From Eledone cirrhosa (taxonomy: Eukaryota): 64,000 nucleotides of DNA. A program made the translations under genes and the position numbers. Each line of letters opens with the position of its first letter. Positions within the stretch are counted from its first letter, which is position 1. The stretch lies in contig OZ024743.1 in NCBI GenBank assembly GCA_964016885.1, positions 156,364,001-156,428,000 of the forward strand, read 5' to 3'. The notes under the pieces were generated by a model that ran no database searches, was not told the DNA's origin, and worked only from the letters and a program-made list of their open reading frames with translations. Of the stretch, positions 28,147 through 40,280 are shown piece after piece.

Positions 28147-28637
28147 GATATATATATATATAGATATATATATATATAGATATATATATATATATAGAGA
28201 GAGAGAGGGGGGGAGATGAAGAGCGGGAGAGAATGAGTGAAAGAAAAAGATGAGTTCATGATTTTGTTCAACACGCTGACGCATATGTGTATGTGTGCTA
28301 GTGTATGTGCATACACATACATTTATATGTATGAGTATACAACAAACACAGACACACAAATGCACACTCACGGGTATACATTCACACAGATACGCATACT
28401 ATCACACAAACTTTACATAAATTCACACAAACACACATTTACAAAAACACACATATACACATACACACATACAGTCACACATCATGATAGCAGCGTTGGG
28501 TGAATGTGGGAATGGGAGGGTAAATTCAAGTATAACATTTTATTCTTTTATTCTTAACACAGATTAACTATTTTCAATGTTTTACTCATCTGCTTATACA
28601 CTAGTTTATTCACAGTTGCATAACATATAAAATATAA

Positions 28638-28680
28638 CTAGCTGGCACCCTGCCGTCAAAGCTGACGGCTAAAGGCTAGA
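28638..28680 (-). mobile_element. Helitron-type terminus (hairpin + CTAG)
   Basis: gccgtca/tgacggc hairpin with CTAG about 10 nt downstream on the minus strand. Confidence 0.45.
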
Positions 28681-28869
28681 TGCGTATGTGTATATACCTT
28701 TCAACTGCGGTCGTTATATATTCTTGTTAATTCTAATGTTTTTCGATATGCTAGGGACTTGGCTCCCTGGACAACACGTACACACAAACACTCACACATA
28801 AACTCACACCCACACACATACATGCGAACACACATATACACTCAAACCACTTCAGAGCTTTGGGCCGGG

Positions 28870-30090
28870 AAAACATGCCCTCAATTTTGGAACCGTCTGG
28901 GTTGTCCAGAATTGATGGGAAAAGACTTGATGTCTCGGTGGGCTCATATGATAGCACCGACGTGTGCCATTTAGTTGGATTATTCGTCCTCCTCACCCTT
29001 AAAGAGAAAAATCCTTGTTATAATATCGGCTTATACTGAGACGATGGTTTGGCAGTTTCTCATACCACCAGCGGCCATAACCGTAATAAATTCCGTAAAT
29101 ACTTAATTAATACCTTTGTTTACTTAAACCTAAAAATTACCATAGATACGAATCTTACTAATACCATCTTCCTCGATATCAATATTGACCTACTTACTGC
29201 CACTTTTAAACCCTATCGTAAACCCAATGAAAATTTAAGACATAAACACAAAGAGTCTTAGCCCCTATCTCATCTCCCTATAGTCTTTACAAATCTTATT
29301 CCTAAGATTAATCGTAGGACGTCTATCTTATCTTCGTCTATAGATATTTTTAATAAAGCTGGCCCTTATTATAATAAGGCCCTCAAAACAGCGGCTTCAC
29401 CGAACAAGTCAAATATTTACCTAGTTCTCTTTCTAACACTAAACACCATAATAGGAAAAGAAGAATTATATGGTTTACACCTCCTTTCTCTGTAACAGTT
29501 AAAACCAACGTAGGAAGAAAATCCATCCCCCCAAACATATCCCCCCAAATCATAGATATAATAAGATATTTAATAGAAGTTTAGTTAAAATTAGATACTC
29601 TTGCTGCCCATCGATGAAAACCAAAATCACCAACTCAAATGTAACTAGAGAAAACCCAGGATGCAGTAGCAGGAAACCTGAAGAAATCCCATTACATGGC
29701 AAATGTAATACCAATTCTATTGTATATGAGGCCAGGTTGACACCGATTATGAATAACCAGCTAGCTAGAAGTGAGCGATATGATGGCATGACACAGGACA
29801 CATTTAAAACCAAGTATTATGCACACGTCGCTTCATTCAAACACCCTGAAAAAGAACATCAACGGCGCTTGCAAATAAAGTGTGGGAGTTTAAAGACAGA
29901 AACATTCCATACTCTATTGATTGACAAATTTTAAACCACTCAAATGAATTACAAAGCGGCACAAAGAAATGTTCTTTGTGTATAATGGAAAAATTTAGAA
30001 TTCTTCAAATCTGAAAACCCCCTACCTCAACTCTAAGACTAAGCTCTTCAGAAGTTGTCGGTACATGAAATCGCATCTCCTTTTTAGCTG
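28870..30090 (+). mobile_element. Penelope-like element (YRDD-type RT, probably Naiad clade; C-terminal GIY-YIG), degenerate
   Basis: DVSVGSYDSTDVCHLVGL, NIGLY*DDGLA, FLDINIDL..FKPYRKPN, IIWFTPPFSVTVKTNVGR, KIFNRSLVKIRYSC, PLHGKC..IVYEA..YDGMT..FK..H..SF, KKCSLCIMEK, LNSK..CR. Confidence 0.85.
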
Positions 30091-30759
30091 GATTAATACA
30101 GCAACGAGCACTCAACCACACTGAGCTTCCTCTTTACAATTTAACTCTTCCACTCACTACCATTATCATCACTCTACGAACACCACATCTTACCCAGTTC
30201 ATCATATAAATACTTACTTTCTACCAATATATACTTTTTTCTCCCTCATTTTCATTTATTCATTTCATTTGTCTTTTTTCTGACACTCTCTTAACATATA
30301 CACACACACAAACCTCATTCTGCCCTCCTATTATAACCCCGCCCCTTTTTTTACATATATCACTTTATAACCACATACATTTATCCAGATCTATTTATAA
30401 ACATTTACTTTCCACCACATCTATTAATTTATACACTGTTTCTCCCCCGCCTGTTCATTTTATATTATATATTTTTTTAGTTATACCCTCCTCCATATGC
30501 TTACATGCCCACCAAGTTTTTATATGTCATTTTTATAATTGAGTGGGTTTCCTCACTTAGTTCCCTATATTGTATGTCTTAAGTATGTCTGTACATATGC
30601 ATAGATATGTGTACACTTTCGTGTGTGCACGTATATGTATGGATGTTTGTGTACGTATGTATGTGCGGGTGCTTGTGTATGTCTCTGCACGTGTACCTGC
30701 TTATGGTTGTATGTGGGCGCATATGTGTCTGTGGGCATATATATATATATATATATCTA

Positions 30760-30915
30760 AGGCGGGTAACATTCCCGAGATCCATGGACGAGTTCTCTCC
30801 AGCGGTCTCTGTCCCTCATTATCGCTGCCATGTCCTGCATCTCCAACAGACCAGTGTCTGTCCTTAGGGCATCAACATACGTTAACCTTGGTCTTCCCCT
30901 TCCAGTGTGTCCATA
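30760..30915 (-). mobile_element. RTE-like LINE 3' terminal fragment
   Basis: Minus strand reads GRGRPRLTYVDALRTDTG..MRDRDRWRELV. Confidence 0.7.
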
Positions 30916-30925
30916 TATGTATATG

Positions 30926-30958
<33 letters not shown>

Positions 30959-31157
30959 ATATTATTAGAAATGTAAGCTATCGCCGTACTTTGACTAGAG
31001 AAATTAAAGAAATTATTTAGCCCGATAGTGGGGTTAAGAACCCTCGGAGAAATGGAAAAAGATGAGTATTGACGTACATATATATGTATATATATATGAA
31101 AGACGTAAAATAAGAAAATTTTAAAAATTAAAAATTAACTTACTTACTAAAATGTTC

Positions 31158-31239
31158 ACTCCAACTAATTAGTTTCTGTAAGGGAATAAATATAGTTACG
31201 TAATGTAACTACAGAGAAGTCCCTACGTCATCAGGAAGT
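31158..31239 (-). ncRNA. Type I hammerhead ribozyme (inverted copy)
   Basis: ACUUC-CUGAUGA-c-GUAGGG...CCUUAC-a-GAA-ACUAAUUAGU-U-GGAGU. Confidence 0.8.
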
Positions 31240-31936
31240 TTATTCTCAGCTAAGTTCCCAGGCAATGCGCGGACACTAGGAACCCATATAAAAATAATAA
31301 TTCAGTGGATGGAATAAAGCTAGCGGGGACTAAATTCCAGTGCACTGAACAAATTCACTGCCTACTTGGTCAGTGGCAAATTCTAAAGAATCAATCACGT
31401 CACGTGACACTGAGATTAATCAGTGAGGAGTGGGGTGGTTATTCTGACAAGAGCCTAACTACTACCATGAAACATAGCAGAACATTTTGGCAACTTTCGC
31501 TCAACAAATAATTTGGAGATAATTCTTATTTTACGTCATTCATATAATTGTTCTGCATACCCCTGCATAGAACCACAAAGGTACTAAGACATAACATATA
31601 TATTTGCTGGCATGGGTTAACATCTGTATACATATGTTGGTAGATATACTAATTCTCTATATTTATCTCCAAATTATTTGTTGAGAAACTTGCCAATATT
31701 TACTGCTATGTTTCATGGTAGTAGTTAGGCTCTTGTCATAATACCACCCCACTCCTCACTGATTAACCTCAGTATCACGTGATAGATTCTTTAGAATTTG
31801 CCACTGACCAAGTAGGCAGTGAATTTTTTCAGTGCCCTGGAATTTAGTCCCCGCTTGTTTTATTCCATCCACTGAATAATTATTTTTATATGGGTTCCTA
31901 GTGTCCGCGCATTGCCTGGGAACTTAGCTGAGAATA

Positions 31937-32020
31937 GACTCCCTGATGACGTAAGGGCTTCTCTGTAGTTACATTACGTAACTATATTTATTCCCTTACA
32001 GAAACTAATTAGTTGGAATC
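31937..32020 (+). ncRNA. Type I hammerhead ribozyme, long stem II, palindromic stem III
   Basis: gactcc CTGATGA c gtaaggg..(tagttac/gtaacta hairpin)..cccttac a GAA actaattagt t ggaatc. Confidence 0.8.
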
Positions 32021-32191
32021 AAAATGTTAGTAAGTAAGTTAATTTTAAATTTTTTAAATTTTCTTATTTTACGTCTTTCATATAATTGTTCTGCATCCCC
32101 CTGCATAGAACCACAAAGGTACTAAGACATAACATATATATTTGCTAGCATGGGTATACATCTGTATACATATGTTGGTAGATATACTAGT

Positions 32192-32275
<84 letters not shown>

Positions 32276-32302
32276 TATATATATATATATATATGTATAT
32301 AT

Positions 32303-32341
<39 letters not shown>

Positions 32342-32509
32342 CGGCCTCGATATGAATACCCCCTCCGCCTCCGTGGTATTTTCTTCGTGGTTATAAGAGG
32401 CTTAGCTCTGTTTCTCGACCGTTATATCGCGTGACTATCTCCCCCTCCGCCTTTTGGGATTCTTTCTCACGTCGTGTAGACGCGTTCTTGAGACTAGTAA
32501 AATGAGGTA

Positions 32510-32597
32510 TCCTCTTGATAAGTTGGCAGACCTCGCAAGGACTCTATATATTTGATATATTGTTTTTGTTTATGCCACGAAACTACGTAGTCGAGGA
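32510..32597 (+). ncRNA. Decayed type I hammerhead ribozyme
   Basis: tcctc TTGATAA gttggca...tgccac GAA actacgtagt c gagga. All three stems are intact, but the core has two transitions relative to CTGATGA. Confidence 0.6.
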
Positions 32598-32666
32598 ATT
32601 TAGGAGCAGTTTAGGTATGATACATTTTATTACTAATTATATCTAAATGTTTCTTCTCTCTTCATA

Positions 32667-32741
<75 letters not shown>

Positions 32742-32808
32742 GAAAGAGAGAGAGAGAGAATAAGTAAAAGCGGAGTAGTTTCAGATGTTCAAGTCCTTTA
32801 ATAATAAT

Positions 32809-32882
32809 GATGTGATATATATTTCAATGGCGACACTGGCCACACTGTTCTGTGTGCGAGTGTCGTGACATCATCAGACAGT
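32809..32882 (-). ncRNA. Type I hammerhead ribozyme, long stem II
   Basis: UGU-CUGAUGA-..CGACACU..CACAC/GUGUG..AGUGUCG..-GAA-AUAUAUAU-C-ACA. Confidence 0.68.
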
Positions 32883-34847
32883 TTGTTACATAATAAGGTT
32901 AGGTTTCCGAGGCAATCCAAGTTGAATCGACATGGGAACGGACGAAGTGTGTGCTTTTGGGTTCTTCATCCGTTCCCCTGTGAGCACCAATTCACCCCCA
33001 CCGGTCTGCGCAGGCGCATGTCCGAAGAAACTTGATCATTAGCAACCGCAGAATTCAACGAAATTCGCTTAGTCAGTTCACCCTCTCAGCCAAACAATGA
33101 CCCATTTAGGCCTGTACCATAGTTTACTGCTAGCCGTCCCGTCTGTGGCAGTCAGCCGAAAGCCAGAGGGGATGGGAGAGTGTTAGTTTGTACAGGTCAC
33201 AATACTACTTCTCACCAAGCATGGACAGTACGACTGGCCATCAACTCCCAAGAGAAAATATACTTAATTCTAGGTATCATGGTTTTACATTGGAAGTTAT
33301 GAGTGAGAGTTGGAAATAAAAATTAAAATCATAAATCAAAAATTATAAGTTAAACAATTAAAAAATTAACAATTAGAAATTAAAAAACTTTTCAAGTGAG
33401 AATCCGGATTGAGGTGAGTAAAAAAACATATAGTTTGAAGTGAGTAAATAATATGGAGAAAGATGTTTAAGTAAGAAGTTCTGAAAGGGGTTCCAATGTC
33501 ACAGTTTCACTATCCACATATTGAACGATAGTGCCGTACATTAGAACGGAGGGTAAACTACAGTATTCAAGGCAGTAGTCAATCTGGTACACAGTCATAA
33601 TTTCCATCACATGGAACAAAACCAAAGAAAAACAGATATAAAGTACACCAAAGAAAACCACTAATAATGAATAAATGCAAAAACACAGAGTACATATATG
33701 CAAAATGATCCATATGATTGTAAATTTGTCAATGTATAGACTGAATTGATGGGGCTTCTGTTCAAAAGCGATTTGGTGCAGGAAAATATGGGTTTACCTT
33801 AGTTTTTGTTTCCGAGTATTTATCCTGCCGAAAGTTACTATTATGTCCGTCCAGTGTCAGGGGTTTCCATCCCCATGGTAGAGGTAATTTCCAATGGTAG
33901 CTCATGGTTGGTTCTTCTCTTCTCCACCATATCGGTTACATCATAGAGCGCTCAACTAATTGGAGCTAAATTATTAGGGTAAACATTGATGCAATTCAAT
34001 TCAATCACTCAACGTACTTTTTCCACATAGGAGTGACGGAGTAAATATCGAATAAATAAAAACGAAGTAGTTCTTTTCTTCTGTGTACTTTATATCTGTT
34101 TTTCTTTGGTTGTCTTCCATGTGATGGGAATTATGACTGTGTTCCAGATTGACTACTGCCTTGAATAAAGTAGTTTACCCTCCGTTCTAATGTACAGCGC
34201 TATCGTTCAATATGTGGAAATTGTAACTGTGACATTGGAATCCCTCTCAGAACTTCTTACTTAAACATCTCTCTCAATATTATTTACTCACTTTAATCTA
34301 TTTGTTTTTTACTCACCTCAATCCGGATTCTCACTTGAAATATTTCTTAATTTCTAATTGTTAATGTTTTAATTGTTTAATTTATAATTTTTGATTTTTG
34401 ATTTTAATTTTTATTTCCAACTCTCACTCATAACTTCCAATATGAAACGATGATACCTTGAATTAAGTATATTTTCTCTTAGGGGTTGATGGTCAGTGTA
34501 TTGTCCATGCTTGGTGAGATGTAGTATTGGGGCCTGAAAATACTAACACTCTCCCATCCCCTCTGGGTTTCGGCTGACTGCCACAGACGTGATGGGTAGC
34601 AGTAAACTATGGTACAGGCCTGAATGGGTCATTGTTTTTGCTGAGAGAGGGAACAGACTAAGCGAATTTCGTTGAAATCTGCAGTAGCTAATGGTCAACT
34701 TCCTTCGGACATGTGCCTGCGCAGGCCGGTGGGGGTGAATCGGTACTCACAGGGGAACGGATGAAGAACCCAAAAGCACACACTTCGTCCGTTCCCATGT
34801 CGATTCAACTTGGATTGTCTCGGAAACCTAACCATATTATGTAACAA

Positions 34848-34921
34848 GCTGTCTGATGATGTCACGACACTCGCACACAGAACAGTGTGGCCAGTCTCGC
34901 CATTGAAATATATATCACGGC
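34848..34921 (+). ncRNA. Type I hammerhead ribozyme, long stem II, AUC site
   Basis: gctgt CTGATGA tgtcacgacact...gccatt GAA atatatat c acggc. Stem I is gctgt/acggc. Confidence 0.72.
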
Positions 34922-35299
34922 ATTATTATTAAAGGACTGGAACATCTGAAACTACTCCGCTTTTAATTATTCGATATTTACTCCGTCACTTCTATGTGGA
35001 ATAAGTACGTTGAGTGCTTGAGTTGAATTGCATCAATATTTACCTTAAGTATATATATTTATATATATATATATATGTAAGTATGTATGTATACGTACAT
35101 ACATATATGTATACAGACGTACAGTAGCATGCATATATATATATATATATATACATATATACATACAGGTACACATACATATATGTACGTATCAGATTAG
35201 CGGACGCTTATTATAGCGCCCGCTTTGTTCGTTTGTAAACAAACTGAACAGCCTGATAGATAAATATACACGGGTGTGTATGATTGTGTATTGAAGATT

Positions 35300-35532
35300 A
35301 TATTAATAAGAGGAATTCCAACTGTGTCTGATTTACTCGTTTTATTTACAATCCTTTAACATTTATAATGGTATTATAATGAAATAGTATGATAGAATAT
35401 TAAATTCTAAGTGTTAATTAACAATTAGAATTTAATATTCTATCATACTATTTCATTATAATACCATTATAAATTTTAAAGGATTGTAAATAAAACGAGT
35501 AAATCAGACAAAGTTGGAATTCCTCTTATTAA

Positions 35533-35535
<3 letters not shown>
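35300..35535. repeat. Spacerless near-perfect 236-bp palindrome
   Basis: Centre at 35417/35418 (tgttaa|ttaaca). The arms pair out to 35300 and 35535 with few mismatches. Confidence 0.95.
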
Positions 35536-35578
<43 letters not shown>

Positions 35579-35602
35579 GGGGGGGGGGGTATGTCTATAT
35601 AC

Positions 35603-35654
<52 letters not shown>

Positions 35655-35770
35655 ATAGATATAGATATATTGTAGTTTCCGTTCGAAATTTAAAAAGTCA
35701 TAGGAGTGTACAGTGCTTTATGTAAGTGCCAGAGCTGAATTGAATGTATAATAAACAATACAATATAAGT

Positions 35771-35840
35771 ACCTCATTACCAAAGTTATCCCGAATAAGA
35801 CGAATACGAAAAGCGTCCTCATTCGTTCGTCGGATAAGGC
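35771..35840 (-). ncRNA. Decayed hammerhead-like motif
   Basis: GCCUUAU-CCGACGA-a-CGAAUGAGGACG..CGUCUUAUUCG-g-GAUAAC(uuug)GU-A-AUGAGGU. Stems present, core altered. Confidence 0.45.
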
Positions 35841-35881
35841 AATTTAAAAAATAACTATAGAAAATTATACATATATATATG

Positions 35882-35937
<56 letters not shown>

Positions 35938-35940
<3 letters not shown>

Positions 35941-37450
35941 GGTTTGAGGTTCACCACTGTATAGAGCTGGTCTATTCCGTATGGTCAATCGTAATGCAAT
36001 AATATAGAGAGTACTCAACGTAAAGCAGTTCAACCGTCTTTGTTTTTGTAGTTGGTGGTGCTATTACGGAGTTAAATATTATAATGAAATGACAGGAGGC
36101 TGGATTTCTGTAAATCCTTGAAAGGTTTATTATACTATGATCATTTCAATGACCGGGTTCCGTATGAATCCGGTGATATCATCAGGTATTCGAAATATAA
36201 TACGTGAATGTAATAGATAAAATCCATGGGGCTGAAAATCGGGGACCCGAGGGCGACCGCTATTCTGTTCCTTCAACCTCAGCCGGTCACCCTGGAGTGA
36301 CGTGGCTAAAGTTTATAGTATGCTACTACCGGTCAGATAAAAGAAAACAGAAAGGGATGGGAGCATAAGTTAACGTCGATCTCATGACACAAGGTAAAAG
36401 AAAGAAAGAAATGAAGGAGAGAGAAGAAGGAGGAAGAAAGAAGAAGAGAAGCCAGGGTTAATGTCAGCTAAAAGAAGAAAGGCAACTACTACCGGTCAGA
36501 TATAGGCAAGCAAGAGGGGGAAGGAAGATAAGTCTGCGGGAGGAAGACAGGAAGAGGGGAGAAGAGAAGGAAGAGAAGAGAGAAGTAGAAAAGTAAGGGT
36601 TGATGGCTACAAGAAGGAAGATAGAAAGAAAAAGGAAGAAAGGTCGATATTAATGTCAGACCACAGTCAAGCCAGGAGTGGCGCGAGAAAATGTTCACAG
36701 GGACACGCATCTTAGCAGAGGTGAATATATTGGGAGTCAGGGTGTTACAGTGTTTAGACTTCTAGGATGAAGCTAATAGAATTTCAATAATCAATATTCA
36801 ATATTAAAGAGGTTAGAAAATTTGAAGTTCAACAGTTTAACATTTTATTATATAATAGTTCCGATTTGTCTGTAATTTAAGGGTACTATGTGGCGGTTAA
36901 AACACCGGCCGCGCCCCGGGCCCCATGGTGAACTAAGCCACGCCGAGTATTTTCATTTACTGAAAGAAGGGGAAATTTATTTTTCCAAGCACTCCAGGTG
37001 GGCTTGTTCGCCAGGGAGCCGGTCGCGCCGCCATTAAAACCCACCCAACAGTCCGACAGAAAGTTGGAACCTTAGAATTTTGCTTAACTCTATCGGATGA
37101 AGTTGAAAGAATTCAGAATAACATTATAAAACTAAGGAGTAAGAAGATTGAGAATTGAACAAACAGAAAATTGAAGATTAAACATTCAAATAACTTCTAT
37201 GAGGTTTTGGGTTGCGGGGTTTAATTAAATAGAGTCTTTTATGAAGAAACGTTAATTGTATTATGTAGATCTGTAATTTATCCTAGTGGGATGTAGAGTA
37301 CGGGATATAGTCGTGTAATGTTTAATTTTTGTTCTCAGGAGGAGACATTCTAGTGTCGTGTGCTAATGGGTACAGGTCCCAATGTGAGGAGTTGAAATAC
37401 ATGGATACATGGAAGTGGAATACGTGGAAGAGCACATTGGTACAGCAGAG
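35938..37450 (-). mobile_element. Probable decayed Penelope-like element 3' portion (ORF remnant + HHR-bearing pseudo-LTR)
   Basis: Weak remnants HDYIPYSTSH (about 37300) and LHPRSLN (about 36760, cf. the PLE terminal LxPxGLN) lie upstream of a same-strand HHR. TA flanks. Confidence 0.4.
36132..36189 (-). ncRNA. Type I hammerhead ribozyme, palindromic stem III
   Basis: AUAC-CUGAUGA-uauc-ACCGG..CCGGU-cauu-GAA-AUGAUCAU-A-GUAU. Confidence 0.72.
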
Positions 37451-37725
37451 GTATAAATATTTTCTATAATTATTTTTTTTATATATGTAATTATATATAT
37501 TTAATATATATATCATTTTCTATAATTTTTAGCCGCATTTCTTTACCTGTATTCATGTTCTATAAAGCAAGGACCTGTCAGCTTATCCTTACGGATATTG
37601 GTGTCCCCGTTTGTGTCTGTATATATGCAGACGGATGTATCTATGTGTTTGTGCGTGTGCGGGTGTGTGTAAGTGTGTATATTTAGATTGTGTGCCTATC
37701 TATACACACACACACAGGCGAGCAT

Positions 37726-37802
<77 letters not shown>

Positions 37803-38194
37803 TATATAAATATATATATCAATATATATATATATATATATGAAAATACAAAATAGAATACCTTTCACCGTATTATTGACTAACAAAACTTTAGCCTGAT
37901 AATGGGGTTTAGAACCCCTACATAAATGAAAAAAGATGAGTATTGACGTACATGTAGTCAAAAGTACGGTGAAAGCTTTTCTATTGTCTAAGTTCAAACC
38001 TGCTAACTGGACACAAAAACATACTTACTTATATATATATATATGGTATTAGGATTGGTGTTCTGAAATAGCGATGTATACATAGTCACTACTTTATAAC
38101 TGATAGCGTATGGTCTTCAACATGTTTTTAATTGAGCATACGTTATATTACCAAATATACTATACATTCATTCTTATATATATATATATATGAA

Positions 38195-38682
38195 AGATCA
38201 AACGCCTCGGTCAACAAATAAATAACCGATCCGAGAGAAGTGAGACGAGATGGCTGGTGTAAACAAGACACACAAACACACAGTGGCAATCGAACGATTG
38301 TTATTGTGTGTATAGCGTGTCCACCATATATCGACCAACAAAAAACAATCAGGCAGACTTCCAATACAACACCACACCTGCCAGTATCAAAGAATGAATA
38401 TAAAAAAAATGACAGCCAAGAAGCGTACGCACTGACACATCAACATCCCACTACTCCAGTATAGAAGAACTGCCTCGACCTTTGACTGACCGCAGCTATT
38501 TGGCGTGCATGCGAGCTCTACGAAGTAGTTCAATTGTACACACACGGTAGATAACAGAGACCATCCCCAACTAATAACTTTCGTCTCATTCTACATTTCC
38601 TCTTACATCTCTCTCATTACAACTTGATTCTCTTACCCGGAGATTTACCCATCGGCATTGTTGAGGCTTCCAAAACGACCAA
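38195..38682 (+). mobile_element. Diverged relative of the 25828-26590 repeat
   Basis: Shares aaataaa.aaccgatc.gagagaag.ga...ga.atggc.ggt at the 5' end and ttacccggagatttacccat..gcattgt.gaggcttccaaa.cgacc at the 3' end. Confidence 0.7.
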
Positions 38683-39825
38683 TTATATATATAAATATGT
38701 ATATAATTACAAAATATGAGGAAATAATAGTAAAAATATACCTATATTCTCTTCAAAGTCCCGACTATATAAAGTAAGCAAAAACAACAAACCAATAAAT
38801 CAAGCACAATGAGGACTACATTAGTTTAACACTAGATACAGTAGGAAACGTGTCCTAACAACGTTTCAGATACTAAACATTCATCAGAATATAAATAAGG
38901 AAAAAAGAGCAAAATGAATGTTCGAGAGTGAGAAGAATGAAAACATAAATTGAAATAAATTCTTATGTTTTTATTTGTTTATTCGCAAAGACTTACAGAC
39001 TCTCTGAAAGTTCAATAATATGATGTTTTAAATAAATTGCATTATATTCTACTAGCATTTCATAAGGTTTCTCTCACATCCTCGATATATTTTAGGCATA
39101 TGCTATCTAGAATCGTAAAATGATTAATGATTGCATTCAGAACCCGTCATCGTAGAAGTAAACGTGCCACTATGGGATTTCATAGATGGTTGCTTCGATT
39201 GCTTGCTAGTTCTACTGCCAATTGTGTCGGTCTCTAAGTGCAATTTACCCAATTTTTTCAAATATTATTGATAGCAAAGGTAGCCGGCTATGCGCAGGTA
39301 TTTTATGAAACTAATAATATAGTTTGCACATGTTACAAACTAGTTGACCAATGAAATATGATCGCTGTATTTTAAGTAGAAATTATAACAGAATATTTAT
39401 TGTCACATTTTCAAAGAAATTAATCGAGATAAAATTAGTAATTTTGTCCAGTGGTGTATTACTTTTAACATTACTGACTATTACAGCCAGCATATATAAA
39501 ACTTCACATCTAAATAAATTATTAGGTATGTTGTCAGTGAAAATCGCATGGCTAAAAATATATTTCCCTTTTTTTAAAATTTATCTCTTTGTTTTGTACA
39601 ATCAGTACCTATCAAATTGAAACATGTGATGGTTATTTCGAAAACTATGAATAAAATAACATAAAAGATCTGCATCAAGGGCAGTAGGATCTTTATTGAG
39701 GGAGATTTGTTTTCAATTTATTTTAGGTACACCAACAGTTAGATTGGCACCCATGACATACATGCACTCACAAACTTGTATACGTGTGTGTGTTTGTGCA
39801 TGTGCATGTGTGTGTGCGCGCATAT

Positions 39826-39881
<56 letters not shown>

Positions 39882-40280
39882 GAGCGACTTTTGATTTGAA
39901 ATGGATTTTGCTAAAGTTTCTAGTAGATCGAATTATCACATAGAAGATTTCCTTTCTTCTTCATACATACATTTTGCTACTAATTCGAACAGGTCTACCT
40001 AGCTATCATAATCTCAATTATTATACTTTATATATATATATATATATTACATTTAAAAGGTATATATATATAATTAGACAAAGTCATTAATATATACTCC
40101 CGTAAGCTTGATAAAACTTTAGGCAGTATTCGGATGCGCTTTCTACCAACCAACCAACTCGCCGACAGGCACCAACCACAAACTTTCTGCCTTGAACACT
40201 GGCCACGTGATGGTTCTAGATATTTTGAATTCATTTTTAGCGGGCATCATGGTAGAAGAATCTTAGTCCAGTCTGGGGTA

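Larger units (their letters stand above)
31093..32190 (+). mobile_element. HHR-containing ~538-bp unit (about 1.2 tandem copies) with a 5' inverted partial copy
   Basis: 31521-31650 is repeated at 32059-32190 (period 538). 31093-31522 is the reverse complement of 31663-32084. HHR in both arms. Microsatellite flanks. Confidence 0.85.
32758..35048 (-). mobile_element. HHR-containing ~1292-bp unit with an inverted arm of about 975 bp
   Basis: gaataa(g/a)taaaa..g(g/a)agtagtt at 32758 and 34050 defines the period. 34074-35048 is the reverse complement of (33974-34049)+(32758-33658). Microsatellite flanks. No convincing ORF. Confidence 0.85.

Noticed and set aside
29030-29050. In-frame TGA in the PLE RT as a selenocysteine codon
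   Set aside because: It replaces Arg in YRDD (CGA to TGA CpG decay), not a Cys, and the copy has many other lesions.
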